In this document: piece after piece, positions 1 through 14,001 of the stretch
Layout: every line of letters starts with the position of its first letter
Position numbering within the stretch: the first letter of the stretch is position 1
DNA from: Paraspadella gotoi
Lineage: Eukaryota > Animalia > Chaetognatha
Direction: 5' to 3'
Length of the DNA: 64,000 bases
Assembly (NCBI GenBank): GCA_051294375.1
Contig: CM119270.1
Coordinates: 16,861,904 to 16,925,903, forward strand
The notes under the pieces: model-generated
Told to the model about the DNA's origin: nothing
Seen by the model: only the letters and a program-made list of their open reading frames with translations
The model's database searches: none
Made by a program: the position numbers and the translations under genes

Positions 1-267
1 AAAGTACTAGAATTACAGCGTATGCAGCACACCGTCCCGGCTTCATATCAAGATATCGCTGCTCATTTTATACTGCAGCCAACTAACCGACATCACACAT
101 GTCTAGCATATTTCCTCCTCAACTCGCAGCACAATCTCTATCGCTCCAAAATCAACTACTCGTCTCGCTCACCCAGAATCATACTATTTCTCTCTCTTCT
201 TCTCTCTCTTCCTCTCTCTCTCTCTTCTCTCCTCTCTCTCTCTCTCCTCTCTCCTCTCTCTCAGTCA

Positions 268-302
<35 letters not shown>

Positions 303-672
303 ACTCTCTCTGCTGCTCTCTCTCCTCTGCTCTCTCTCTCATCGAGCGACATCGAAATGAACATCATAACGCCTAAATCTTATTAATCCCAATTTTGAAC
401 GCAAGACCCCAGATTATACAGAGAAAAAAAGGTTTCTCTCTTCGATTTGTGCGTGCCTCGACACGCGCCGCTCCAATCTCTCTCCTCCCTCGCCTCTCCA
501 ATCCCATTTAAGTTGCACCTGCCTCTCGCTTTTCCCTCCTCCACCCCTGCCTTCGCATGCCCCTCCCACCTCGCCCCCCTCTCGACTCTCGTCGCTCTCT
601 CCGCGCCGGATCGAGAATTACTGGGGAATTTGTTCGCTAACGGTCGGAGAAGCCTTCTGGATGGAGGCTAGT

Positions 673-945
673 CTGATGAATGATGATGATGATGAATGAT
701 GAATTGATGATGATGAATCGATGAATGATGAAATGATGATTTGATGAATGGTGATAGTGAATGATGATGATGGATGATGGTGATAATGATGATGGATGAT
801 GATCGATGTATGATGATGATGATGGATTGATCGATAATTCTCCTACGATGATGTGGATGATGATATAATTGATGCACGATTGTCACGATTGCATATGAGA
901 TGATGAATGACGCATGAATGATGATGATGAATGATGGGTGATGAT
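673..945. repeat. Degenerate (TGA)n microsatellite
   Basis: Directly visible tgatgatga tract; the counterpart is at 6388-6425 next to a gap. Confidence 0.9.
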
Positions 946-1190
946 AAAATTACTTTCTTTTATTGAGTCTGATTTATGACAAACGCTTAACATGTTAAAA
1001 CAATAGTTTCGCTTTTTCGCATTTTAACAAGCGCGACACAAATGGCGCTTTTATGTAAACCTTTGCTAATTTTACCGCATTCACTTTTTCGTATCGTTAT
1101 ATACTTTATAATTATATAAGTCAGAAAAGACGAAAGCATTAGAAGTCCTCGCATAATTCTTTAACTTAAAAAAACCGAAACGAGAATTTA

Positions 1191-1275
1191 TCATAAATTG
1201 ATTCTGACGAAGACTTGATGACTACGCCTGTATTCACTCCATCGGAGCTCCAGTTTGGCCAAGAATCCATGACAC
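1191..1275 (-). CDS. Possible terminal exon of an unidentified gene (..VMDSWPNWSSDGVNTGVVIKVFVRINL*)
   Basis: Complex sequence between microsatellites; the frame is restored using the duplicate copy at 6662-6697. No recognised homology. Confidence 0.25.
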
Positions 1276-1307
1276 TCTCTCTCTCTCTCTCTCCTCCTCT
1301 CTCCCTC

Positions 1308-1357
<50 letters not shown>

Positions 1358-1751
1358 CTCTATCTCTCCGTGATAATCTCCAATCTTCCAATTTTCGCCA
1401 AATTGTCACTCTCAACGGTTTCCCCTCGTAACACCCCCTCTCACTCTCTCTCTCTCTCTCTTTTTTTTGGTCGTCATCGTCATCATCGTAATTCGTCAAT
1501 CTTCGTCGTCATCTTCCGTCGTCATGGTCGTCGTCAATGGTCGTCATCTTCCACGCGACCGATGGAGTATGAAGGACTGCGAGACGACGACGAAGAACCG
1601 ACGAACGAAATAATTCAATGAAATCAATGAGACCCCCTCCTCCCCCCCTCTGCGATTTTGGAAATGAAAAATAAAATGAGGAAATGAGTAAAGGTCTTGA
1701 TTTAGCGGAGGAGAGGGACGGTGAGGTTGGGAGAGAATTACCGCTCCGATT

Positions 1752-3548
1752 ATATATGTGTTTTATTCGTTTACAACAATTACGACTTGTAACAGTCATT
1801 CAAAAGGGCATACAGCATTAAGATAAACGCATAAATTGTACAGTTTTAGCAATTCAACAAAATATAAAATATTATAAATTACAGAACGAAAAAAGGAAAA
1901 AAAAATCAACAATAAGCTGACAAGATTTTAGAAATATTGTTTCTAGAGGAAAAAGCTTGATTCAAAAGTTTTTTGATCTACAAGCAAAAATTTTGTATAG
2001 ATAATCCATTATATTCCCAAATGAGGACCTAATGATCGTACAAATCTCTCGCCACTCTATTCCAACCAAAAATTTTCATGAATGCCATCATTTAATTGCT
2101 ACATTTGACGTTTGGTCATATTCTTTTGCAAGATACTCTTTCACTGTCACCTTCCGTTACGTAAGTTCTCGTGACACACTTGGTAGTACAAACGTCCATT
2201 AAAAACTTCTTCTGAGGGTTTTACTATAAGGAATTTAAGGAGACAATGCTAGAGCGTGCTAGATCAAGAGATAACTCAGATAATGGTAAAGACAAATGCT
2301 TTTCCTACTCACTCAATGACTTCACACATACCGAGATATCGTTTCCATCTCCGCGCTCGAGCAGTCACTCGAAGAATTCCGAATGATATTTCCTTTAATT
2401 AGTAAAGAATCTTTGTTGGATAAATACTTTTTCTGTTTGCTCAATAGATACTATTCGCGTAATTGTTCTGTTTTCATTAAAATCATAAAAACTAAAAGCA
2501 ATAGAGCTACTCAAACTATAAAGTTATGTTAGCACTCACTATCAATCATTTTTTTCATACCAGAAATTGTTGGAGGATCACAAAGCTATATCGTCAGCGT
2601 AAAAATGCTAGCAGCAAATAAGTGATCTAAATATGGCAACCAAAACCATTTTCGTAATTGAAATTATCAATCATCGACCATAACTGCCCACAGATAGGGA
2701 CTTAAAAATACCACTCCTGACGAACCCCCAGAACAATAGAGAATATCTGAAAAGTGTCAGACCATCTACACTACTGCGGAGATAATGGTACCAGTAAAAG
2801 TAATAAAGTCGTAAGAAAAACATAAAGGGAAATTTTCTCTTTATGAGTTTTTAGAAATAAACACATAATGGTTTAGACGCTAGTTCAAATCTTTTGAGCT
2901 AATTCCTGTATATGTTAGCATACCTACCGTCCAGAACCCATTTTGTGCAAAAAATGATTAACGGAAGTCTTCATGACAAAAACCACATGGAAGTGTAGAA
3001 TGATTCTCTTTGTTGTAGACCGAATCATTCTGAAGGTCAACAAAATCTACACAAATTAGTGAATACGTTTATATACATACAGTAGAGCATTGTTCAAAAC
3101 ATTTGCTAAAAACAGAACTTAAAGTTATTCCTCTATAGATATTTTAGCAACTGTTAAATATCACCTCTTACTTATAGGTCACTTTTACTATTGGTAACAA
3201 TAACTCCAGACAAAAATCATTAAACCAACATAACCGTGCTGTAATAACACCATTAAATAATATGTGAGAGAGACTGTACAAACTCAAATTGTGAAGGTGC
3301 ACTAAATTAATATGCTCGTCTTAACAAAGAATCAAGAGTACTTTTTCCAGCCTTTATTTTAGATACTGCGTCTAAAATATCAATTCCAAGACAAATAGTA
3401 ACCACCGTTAATAGAAATCATTACAATGTCTGTGCGATGATGCATTAAGATTAAATATATATACGCCGTTCTTAAATAGAAGGTATCTTTTAATTTTCAT
3501 TAATAATGATCAAAATCATCATAAATACTTATTTAAAGTGTTGACGCA
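1752..3548 (-). mobile_element. Degraded non-LTR retrotransposon (LINE) reverse-transcriptase 3' fragment
   Basis: The minus strand gives YADDIAL (2581-2601) followed, after a frameshift, by PTISGMKKMID. A GVRQ..ILSPY-like motif lies at ~2693-2728 and FVDL at ~3030-3046. The AT-rich block is absent from the duplicate copy (empty site ~7209). Many frameshifts. Confidence 0.8.
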
Positions 3549-4304
3549 ATGGGTGTCCTGGGGTATAGGGGAAGTGTTAGGGGGTTGGCACTGGGGGGGC
3601 TGGGGGCGGCTGCAGAGGACTGGGAGATTAATATATTGGCTAGAGATCTCAGGTTTTAATAACTCTTTTGGTATGATAAGAATAAAAAGTCGAAGGAGCA
3701 ACAAACGTAAGGCAAAGATGGTTTCAATAAAAGGTACAATTTCAAACTTTGCTCTACTAATTGATCGATGTAGTAATCTACTATCTAGTATAATGATACA
3801 TTTATTTTAATAATAATTATTTGACTAAATATATAAAGCCTGCCGGCACCAGCAGGCGGGTTTCCTGTTGTACCAGAACGTTTCTATTTGGATTTCGTGT
3901 GATGAAACGTATTGAGAAACGCGACGACGACAGACGACGACAGAGACGACGACGACGGACGACGACGACGACGACGAACCGAAGCGTAATTTGAGAAGAA
4001 TATTAATACTAACCTATATGGTCCCGGTCAATAACAGAGGGGGAAGAGGTGGCTGCCGGAGGTGGTTTGGTGGAGACCACCCTGTTTAGACCAGATCGTA
4101 AGGGGGCGGAGAAACGGGGGAGGGACGGAGACCTGAAAGGAGAAGGAGAAAGCGAGACGAGTATAGATCGGATCGATTGGGAAAGTTGTAAGGGGAGAAA
4201 AGACTCAGATGGCAAATGTTCGTCGAGAAATCGGGAGAGGTCACAGAATTCCTCCTCTTCTTCTCTCTCTCTCTCTCTCTCTCTCTCTTCATCTCTCTCC
4301 TTCT

Positions 4305-4338
<34 letters not shown>

Positions 4339-7300
4339 ATCACACCCACCCCCACCCCCCCCCCCCCAACCCCCACCCGCCCACGCCCCCCCCCCCCCCC
4401 CCACCCGCGCCCACCACGCCCCCCCGCACGGCCTCCATCTCATTCCTGATTTTCCGCTCATAAGAAAACGAATATCGATTTAAAGCAAAATCTGTTGAGC
4501 GAGACTCGAGAGTTTGTCTCTTCTGATATCCAAAGATTCGTCGAAGACAGAACGGAAAAGCCAAACAGAAACATATGATTCGTGCAGATCTTTTTTCGCT
4601 CTGTTGTTGTTGTTTGTTTTTGGTTCGTGCCGGTAGGTGACAATGCATTGGTTATTCTCATAAATATGCTATAATGCCACATTTCTGAACTAGGTATCCT
4701 GTAAAAGATTATCCAAACAATATGTTCTTGGGAAAGAGCTTGTTATTTGTTTCATTCCTCCGTCAACTCTATAAACCACGCCTGTTCCTTCGTTGAAATA
4801 ATCTTGCAAGGGACCTGCGCGTATTGGTCATTATCTTGTAAGAATGATGGAAGCCTAAATCACAAAGCCTGATACCGAAGGCCAGGAAAGATTGCTTATA
4901 TTTATTAAATTATTATATTCGGTTGTACCAGATATATCAATAAAACAATTTATGCAAAATTAAAACGTGGAAAATGTTGAGCCAACGACGATCCGAAAGA
5001 AAAAAACGGCGATCACGGGTAAACTATAAAAGGACACTAAACGACGAACGACGACGACGACGGAACTCGAAGCGAACGACGGACGTACGTAACGACGACG
5101 ACGACGACGACGTACGATCGAACGGACGAAAACATTTTCTCCTGGCTCGATCCGCCCGTCTTTTCCGGAGATCTGAGAAATATCGAGGAAGGAGGACATA
5201 ATCGAGTTTCGTCTGTTCGGAGTCGCTGACGTCAAACGTCGTCGTTGGTCGTCGTCGTCGTCACTTTTGGGCGTTCGTTGTCCCGTGGCGCGGTGACGTC
5301 GAAACGTGACGTCAAGTCGAAAGAAGCTCGACCCGTTCGGAGAGGCTGATACCGAGGGAGAGAAGAAATTTGAGCGAAGGAGACAATATTCAACTCGTTT
5401 GTTTAATGTTGTAATACTAAATTGTCTCCTTTTAAAAAAATAAATCAATTCGTTTGTTCCCTGCGAGGTATCGACGCCCGTCTGTTTGGCCGAACCGCGC
5501 AACCTGCGACGCTTTGACGTGTTGGAACCTGATCTCCTTGTTGAAACCCTCAACCACAAAGTAACTAAATTCTCCGCTCTTTGCCACAACCGTCCCCTTC
5601 ACCACGATTCCTGTCAATTTGCCGCAAACTAACCGACATGCTACAATTTCTAGATATTTCCCCAACTCGCAGCAAACATCTATCGCTCCAAAATCAACCT
5701 CGTCTCGCTAACCCAGAAAAAAAAACTATTTCTCTCTCTCTCTCTCTCTCTCTCTCNNNNNNNNNNNNNNNNNNNNNNNNNNNNNNNNNNNNNNNNNNNN
5801 NNNNNNNNNNNNNNNNNNNNNNNNNNNNNNNNNNNNNNNNNNNNNNNNNNNNNNNNNNNNNNNNNNNNNNNNNNNNNNNNNNNNNNNNNNNNNNNNNNNN
5901 NNNNNNNNNNNNNNNNNNNNNNNNNNNNNNNNNNNNNNNNNNNNNNNNNNNNNNNNNNNNNNNNNNNNNNNNNNNNNNNNNNNNNNNNNNNNNNNNNNNN
6001 NNNNNNNNNNNNNNNNNNNNNNNNNNNNNNNNNNNNNNNNNNNNNNNNNNNNNNNNNNNNNNNNNNNNNNNNNNNNNNNNNNNNNNNNNNNNNNNNNNNN
6101 NNNNNNNNNNNNNNNNNNNNNNNNNNNNNNNNNNNNNNNNNNNNNNNNNNNNNNNNNNNNNNNNNNNNNNNNNNNNNNNNNNNNNNNNNNNNNNNNNNNN
6201 NNNNNNNNNNNNNNNNNNNNNNNNNNNNNNNNNNNNNNNNNNNNNNNNNNNNNNNNNNNNNNNNNNNNNNNNNNNNNNNNNNNNNNNNNNNNNNNNNNNN
6301 NNNNNNNNNNNNNNNNNNNNNNNNNNNNNNNNNNNNNNNNNNNNNNNNNNNNNNNNNNNNNNNNNNNNNNNNNNNNNNNNNNNNNNNTGATGATGATGAT
6401 GATGATGATGATGATGGTGATGATAAAAATTATTTCTTATGAGTCTGATTTATGACAAACGCTTAACTATGTATAAAACAATAGTTGTTTCGCAATTTTA
6501 ACAAGCGCGACACAATGGCGCTTTTATGTAAACCTTTGCTAATTTACCGCATTCACTTTTTCGGATGTTATACTATTCTATAATTATATAAGTAGAAAGA
6601 CGAAAGCATATAGAAGTCCTGGTAATTCTTTTAACTTAAAAAAACCGAAACGGAGAATTTATCATAAATTGATTCTGACGAAGACTTTGATGACTACNNN
6701 NNNNNNNNNNNNNNNNNNNNNNNNNNNNNNNNNNNNNNNNNNNNNNNNNNNNNNNNNNNNNNNNNNNNNNNNNNNNNNNNNNNNNNNNNNNNNNNNNNNN
6801 NNNNNNNNNNNNNNNNNNNNNNNNNNNNNNNNNNNNNNNNNNNNNNNNNNNNNNNNNNNNNNNNNNNNNNNNNNNNNNNNNNNNNNNNNNNNNNNNNNNN
6901 NNNNNNNNNNNNNNNNNNNNNNNNNNNNNNNNNTTTTTGGTCGTCATCGTCATCATCGTAATTCGTCATCTTCGTCGTCATCTTCGTCGTCATGGTCGTC
7001 GTCATGGTCGTCATCTTCCACGCGACCGATGGAGTATGAAGGACTGCGAGGACGACGACGAAAGCGACGACGAAAACGACGACGAAATAATCCGATGAAA
7101 TCAATGAGTCTCGATTTGGAAAATGAAAAATAAAATGAGGAAAAATGAGTAAAGGTCTTATTAGCGGGAGGAGTTGGGACGGTGAGGTTGGGAGAGATTA
7201 CGCCGATTAATGGGGTGCACTGAGGGGTAAGGGGTAGTGTTAGGGTTGGCACTGGGGGGCTGGGGGGCTGGGGGGCTGGGGATAAATAGCGGGATCCAGG

Positions 7301-7806
7301 TTTATAAATCTTTGGTATGAGAAAGATAAAAAGTCGAAGGAGCAACAAGCGAAGCAAGATGATTTCAATAAAAGGTACAATTTCAAACTTTGCTCTACTA
7401 AATGATCGATGTAGTAGGTAGTATAATGATCATTATTTTAAAACAATTATTTTTTTAAATAATAAACCGCGACAGCAGCGGTTTCCTCCATTTGACCAAA
7501 ACGTTTCTAAATTTGGATTTCGTGTGAGAAACGATTGAGAAAACGACGACGACGACGACCGAAGCGTATTTGAAGAAAAGATTAACTAATTGCCCGGTCA
7601 ATAACCGGAGAGGGGAAGAGGTGGTGCCAGAGGTGGTTGGTGAGAGACCACCATGTTTGACCAGATCGTAACGGAGGCGGAGAAAGGGGGAGGGACTGAC
7701 GGACGGACGGACGGACGGACTGACGGATAGACGGATCGAGGGAAAGTTGGAAGGGAGAAGGACTCGTTGGCAAATGTCGAAAATCGGGACGAGGTCACCA
7801 GATTTC

Positions 7807-7899
<93 letters not shown>

Positions 7900-8530
7900 G
7901 ATTTTCCGCTCATAACGAAAACGAATAATCGGATTTAAAGCGAAATCTGGTTGAGCGAGACTCGGAGAGTTTGTCTCTTCTGATATCCAAAGATTCGTCG
8001 CGACAAACGGAGCCAACAAATTATGATTCGCGCAAGATTTTGTTGTTGTTGTTGTTGTTTCGTTGCGTAAAACAGTGACAATGTTGATGATTCTCCTTAT
8101 TGCCTAATGTCAAATTTCTGGCACTAAGGTATCCTGTATAAGATTATCCAACAATATGTTCTTGGGAAAGAGCTTGTATTTGTTCATTCCTACGTCTACT
8201 CTTTAACTATATGTAAACTATATTTCAAACATAATAAAACAAATTAATGCATTAAAAAATTTATTTTTCTCTTTTATTTCTCCCGTAATAAACTGATTCC
8301 TTCGTTGAAATAATCTTGCTATGTCATTATCTTGTAAGAATGATGGAAGCCTTAAATCACCAAAGCCTGTCCGAACCAAAGTCAGGGGCAAGATTGCTTA
8401 TTTATTAAATTTTTATATTGGTTGTACCAATTTCATAAACATTTATCAAAATTAAAAACGTGGAAATGTTGACCAACGAACGATCCCAGAACAAACGGCG
8501 TCACGGGGTAAAACTATAAAAGGACACTAA

Positions 8531-8585
<55 letters not shown>

Positions 8586-10148
8586 ACATTTAGCCGGACT
8601 CGATCCGCCCGCTTTCCGGAAATCTGAGAAATATCGAGGAAGGAGGAACAAATCGAGTTTCGTCGTCGAAGTCGCTGACGTCAAACGTCGTCGTTGGCGT
8701 CGTCGTCGTCTTTGGCGTCGTTGTCCCGTGGCGCGGTGACGTCGAAACGTGACGTCAAGTTCGAAAGAAGCTCGACCCGTCGGAGAGGCTGATACCGAGG
8801 GAGAGATGATAAGAGCATAAGTTTGTTTTAATAATGATAGTTAAATATTACGATTTTTTTTAACTCTAGTATGTGTTACCTATATACATGTATACATAAA
8901 ATTCTACAAATATTTTAATTTAAATTCTAGTTTTTAAGCAAATGAAATTGAAACAAACCTACATATACTATATACTATATACTACATATACTTTATTTTT
9001 GTTGTTTTATTAAAGATCCCATTGACCCATTGATACTAATCTTACCATAAACTTTTTTTCATATTGATTTTTATGACAAAAGTAGTGATGGTAATTTTCA
9101 AAGAGATTTTTACGATATCCATCTTTATGGTCAACGAAGCTATTCGTAAAAAAAAAAGAACAATTTCCGATAATATTTTATTCATGATAATTTAATGACA
9201 TATTTTGATTTCGTTGGAAAGATCTGCCCTTTTTTTTCGAGGCTTCGACCTCCATGAATGAAAAACGACGACAACAATGAAAACAATAACGACGACGACG
9301 ACGACGACGACGAACGACGGATTAAAAACGGGAAAATAACTTTGCGCTCCAATGTTTACGAGGACGAGTTTAGGGACGAAAGCCCCTTTTGTCATTTTAC
9401 GATTCTACCCTTCGGGTCCTTTTTTAGCCTCCTTGTCACTCTCCCCCCCCCCGTTACCTCCTGCGCCCCATCTTCATTCCTCCCCCCCCAAACGCGTTAC
9501 GGAATTTCGATTCTTCGTCTCCCCTCACCCCCCCGCCCCCTCGCTGATACGATTCCAGTGAGTGCGTGACCGGGGGGGGTGTGAGCTGCCGCGGGTNNNN
9601 NNNNNNNNNNNNNNNNNNNNNNNNNNNNNNNNNNNNNNNNNNNNNNNNNNNGGGGGGGGAGGAATGAATGGGAGAGATGAATGAGAGGATGAATGGGGGG
9701 AAGTACTGAGTGAATTGAGTGAATGAGTGAATTGAATGAGTGAATTGAATGGACGAATTTGAGGATTTTCTTTCACGATCGCAATTTATCCTATTTTTGG
9801 GGTTTTTTTTGTTTTTTGTTTTTTTGAGTGAGGTCAGTAAGTCAGTTTGAAGTGAGCGACTTCCTGACAAGAGTCTACGCGTTTCGAAATATTATACGAA
9901 TGATTTTTATTAAACAACTTTGTAATTGTAATCGCAAGAAGAAGAAATGACTTCANNNNNNNNNNNNNNNNNNNNNNNNNNNNNNNNNNNNNNNNNNNNN
10001 NNNNNNNNNNNNNNNNNNNNNNNNNNNNNNNNNNNNNNNNNNNNNNNNNNNNNNNNNNNNNNNNNNNNNNNNNNNNNNNNNNNNNNNNNNNNNNNNNNNN
10101 NNNNNNNNNNNNNNNNNNNNNNNNNNNNNNNNNNNNNNNNNNNNNTAC

Positions 10149-10278
10149 CCCCGGGGGAGTCGCCGAAAGCCTCGGGGTGATTCCAACACAATGAGCCAGG
10201 GATAAAGACGTTTGTGCCCATGGATCGAAGGCCGTGACCCGTCGAGTTGTCTATGGTGAAGCGATATGGTGCGCGACG
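10149..10278 (-). CDS. Putative internal exon of an unidentified gene (RRAPYRFTIDNSTGHGLRSMGTNVFIPGSLCWNHPEAFGDSPG)
   Basis: CAG acceptor and GTA donor on the minus strand, open frame, GC-rich exon-like composition; flanked by gaps. Confidence 0.4.
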
Positions 10279-10816
10279 CTGTGGGTTTCGTGCGTCGTTG
10301 ACTGTGGATTCGTGACGACGGGGAAAAGCTTAGGAAANNNNNNNNNNNNNNNNNNNNNNNNNNNNNNNNNNNNNNNNNNNNNNNNNNNNNNNNNNNNNNN
10401 NNNNNNNNNNNNNNNNNNNNNNNNNNNNNNNNNNNNNNNNNNNNNNNNNNNNNNNNNNNNNNNNNNNNNNNNNNNNNNNNNNNNNNNNNCAAATGTTTCT
10501 TTTTTTTTTTGATAAATTAGAAGAAAAGAAAATAATGGAAAAGAAGGAAAAAGAAAGAAAGAAATTTCAGTTCAGTTGAAAGATGAAATGTAAAAAAACT
10601 AAGAGATAATGATTCTAGATGATTCTAAATGATTCTAGATGATTCTAGATGATTTTAAATATTCGATTTTACCGCCTTCTAACGATTCTATGAAACTTTT
10701 TCTCTTTCACTTCGCGAAATACGGAATAAATTTGATCGGAATATTCAAATTATATTTTTGTGTCGCGTTTCCGCTTCTCTTTTAGGAAAAGTCAAGTGGA
10801 GGCGATAAGCACAGGA

Positions 10817-10855
<39 letters not shown>

Positions 10856-12037
10856 NNNNNNNNNNNNNNNNNNNNNNNNNNNNNNNNNNNNNNNNNNNNN
10901 NNNNNNNNNNNNNNNNNNNNNNNNNNNNNNNNNNNNNNNNNNNNNNNNNNNNNNNNNNNNNNNNNNNNNNNNNNNNNNNNNNNNNNNNNNNNNNNNNNNN
11001 NNNNNNNNNNNNNNNNNNNNNNNNNNNNNNNNNNNNNNNNNNNNNNNNNNNNNNNNNACACAAAAAAAAAAAAGAGAGTGATTCTCTCTCTCTCTTCTCC
11101 TCTCGTCTCTCTCTCTCTCTCTCTTATCCCTCTTCCTACGAATACAATAAAATTCTCCCCCATAAATTCTTTCTCCCTCAAACGATTCCATCTTCTTGCT
11201 GTTCTTCTCGACCATCTGCCGATTTGCTCATTCGTTAAAGAACAATGAAGATAGAAATACAATAGGGCGCCAACTGGGACTGGCGCCTCGTCGTCGTCAA
11301 AAAGTCTTCGTTTTTGTTTTCCCTTTTTCCTCGGTTTTCGCGATGAGAAATGACCACAGGTGGTCGAAAGGAGGTGGTCGAAAGGAGGTGAAATTTAACT
11401 TGAAGTCGCTTCATATGGATTAGTAGTAGACAAAACAAATATGATTTATCCATTCATTTAATAAATAAGCTGTCTTGCACCTATCTTAGGACACTGTACA
11501 AGCTATCGTGGTTTACGAAAAAACACATGAAATTGGCCTTGCCAATATTAAATTATTTATTCATTTAATAAGTTATCTTGTCCCCTGACTCTGGAGGGGC
11601 TACATTATGATGGGGTCAGGCCGCCATCCCTCTTTTCGATCAATTTTTGTAATCCACGAGTTAACGTTTATTCTTCGGAATTTTCCTAACTTTAAGCTAC
11701 ATTTATTTATTGATATTGGTCACATTGATCACGGCGAAGAAAAAATTTCTCACAAAACAAACCCGTCGCGTATTTTCCAGCGACGGCCCGTGATCGCCTT
11801 TCACGGGTTCAGTGAAAGTTCACGCTTCGGATCGATCGATCTAAAAAAATATTCCGATGCAAAAAAAAATATAAATTGAATCTTTTTTTCGACCGAAATA
11901 AAACCATTTACGTAGAGCAAGTCGTTTTTCTTTTCTTTTTTTTTATCGGGACCGAATGATAACTGAATCAAACGAATATGAATGATGGATATGAATTAGT
12001 AATAGTTTATTATTGAATTCTTTGCATTCCAACTTAC

Positions 12038-12112
12038 ATGTCCTTTGCCAGTGGGCAACACGACGACGACAATGACAAGGAACGTAACTTGATATGTTGT
12101 CCATTTGTCCAT
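12038..12112 (-). CDS. Putative first coding exon encoding a signal peptide (MDKWTTYQVTFLVIVVVVLPTGKG|H)
   Basis: ATG at 12112, 25 codons ending at a consensus GTAAGT donor; n/h/c-region pattern with G-K-G before a likely cleavage site. Confidence 0.45.
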
Positions 12113-12945
12113 TTACCACTGAAACTAAGAAGAAAATGTCTAAAATTACGAAAGAATTTCGTTCACGACGATAAAATTTTCAATTTTAAAAATCCCCTCC
12201 CTCCCTCCTCCTCTCTCCCTCTCTTCCTCTATCTTTCCCCACCCTAATTAAACAACATTCTGGCTGCAGCCTCTCAAGGCAAGTCTCAAGTCTACCATCT
12301 TAGACAGCTTTGAGAGTGAGGTAGTCCCTCGTTGGACGAATGCCTTTCAAGTCAAGTCAAGACGACGACGAAGACTACGATGACCAATTTCCCTCCTTGC
12401 AAATCTAAAAAAAACGGGAAGTTTAAAGCAAAAATTGCGTCTTTTTTTTTTTAATAAACAGAATAATTATTGATAGCGACTCTGACCGACGACGATAACG
12501 ACGACCACAACTGAATCGAATGACCGCNNNNNNNNNNNNNNNNNNNNNNNNNNNNNNNNNNNNNNNNNNNNNNNNNNNNNNNNNNNNNNNNNNNNNNNNN
12601 NNNNNNNNNNNNNNNNNNNNNNNNNNNNNNNNNNNNNNNNNNNNNNNNNNNNNNNNNNNNNNNNNNNNNNNNNNNNNNNNNNNNNNNNNNNNNNNNNNNN
12701 NNNNNNNNNNNNNNNCGCGACGACCACAAAGACGACGATAACGACGACCACAATGACGACGATAACGATGACCACAACTGAATCGATTGACCGTGACGAC
12801 GACAATGACAACGATAAAAAAAAAGTCAACGATGACGCATCGAGAAAGGTTGACTCAGTGAAGGTTAATCCTTTGCTCCTTAACCTGACCCCCTCCGCCC
12901 TATTGATCCCTTACCCTCGTTCTCGCGCTGCGACGGGACACTCAC

Positions 12946-12989
12946 CCGTTTTGTCGGAGGTAAGGATGTTTAACGCCGGGGATGGCGGG
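12946..12989 (-). CDS. Putative small exon (PAIPGVKHPYLRQNG)
   Basis: CAG acceptor and GTGAGT donor on the minus strand, open frame. Confidence 0.35.
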
Positions 12990-13892
12990 CTGGCGGTGAG
13001 TCAATGAATTTTAGATTAGAGAGGAGGAGGAGGAGGAGGAGGNNNNNNNNNNNNNNNNNNNNNNNNNTTGCAAATGAGAGACGAGATCAAAACGTGGAAA
13101 TCATTTCTGATGAGTGGGAGAGGAGTTAGATGAGTGAAGGACAGGGAGTATGGGGAGGTAGAAGAGGGCAGGTGAGGAGGAGCAGTGAGTGAGGAGGAGA
13201 GGAGAAACGATGGGAAAAAAAATGTTTAGATGACCGAAAGAGGAGGAGGAGACAAAAGGAGGATCGATTAGAGGAAGGAAATGGATAAGAAAACAGAATG
13301 ATGAAGGAAGGAAGGATGGCTGAGAAAATGCGAAATAATAATACAAGCACAGCGAAGTGACAGAAAATGTTTAAAAAAAAAATAATTGATCAATACTATA
13401 TACGAATTTAAAGCCAATTAACATTTGACAGGCTTTAAACCGAAGTATCATAAAGAATTAAAAAAAATAGCTTTATTTTTGTTTTTGTCAATGAAAGATT
13501 AACATGATTGCCGAAAAAACGTTATAGTCCTGATCTCGGCCTTAAATTACCTTATGACATATGACACATGACATTGACTATTGACATAGTCTTATGTCAT
13601 GTTAGAGACTAAAGTTTAGAAGTTCCGCCAGTTGACGATTCGAAAAGCATCCCGATGAATCCCGGTCGAATCGTCGATGGTCGGTCGTCTATTCGTCGGA
13701 TTTCTGTCGATCGTCACGCACCTCCGATCCGCGGCGCGAAGAGATAGAAAAAAAAAAACAAAAGACGTCTCCTGACGTTCATCTCTCGATCTTTCGATTT
13801 GGGAAATTTTTCGATCTTTTGGACTCTCGGATCGCCCTGTGGGAATCCCGCCACACATAATTCTCTCGAGAAACCAGAGGAAATATTCCTGT

Positions 13893-14001
13893 AGAGAGCG
13901 ACTCGCCGAGAGAGCGACTCGCCGCGAGAGCGTACTCGCCGCGCGGCGAGAGCGACTCGCCGCGTGAATGTGCGACTCGCCGCGAGAGCGACTCGCCGCG
14001 T
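13893..14001 (+). repeat. 16-bp minisatellite GAGAGCGACTCGCCGC, ~6-7 copies (inverted copy at ~18952-19054)
   Basis: Directly visible; each unit contains the palindrome GCGA-C-TCGC. Confidence 0.9.

Larger units (their letters stand above)
75..8806. repeat. Direct duplication: ~75-5362 matches ~5623-8806 (copy 1 carries a 1.8 kb insertion)
   Basis: Co-linear shared blocks, e.g. 'ccacgcgaccgatggagtatgaaggactgcgag' at ~1551 and ~7018, and 'ggtgacgtcgaaacgtgacgtcaag' at ~5292 and ~8735. Differences are mostly 1-2 bp indels and copy 2 is interrupted by N gaps. Confidence 0.9.

Noticed and set aside
1360-11170. Possible GA/GG non-canonical donors at several exon-like islands
   Set aside because: Seen only in noisy, unvalidated segments. 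All donors in the four well-conserved genes are GT except one GC.
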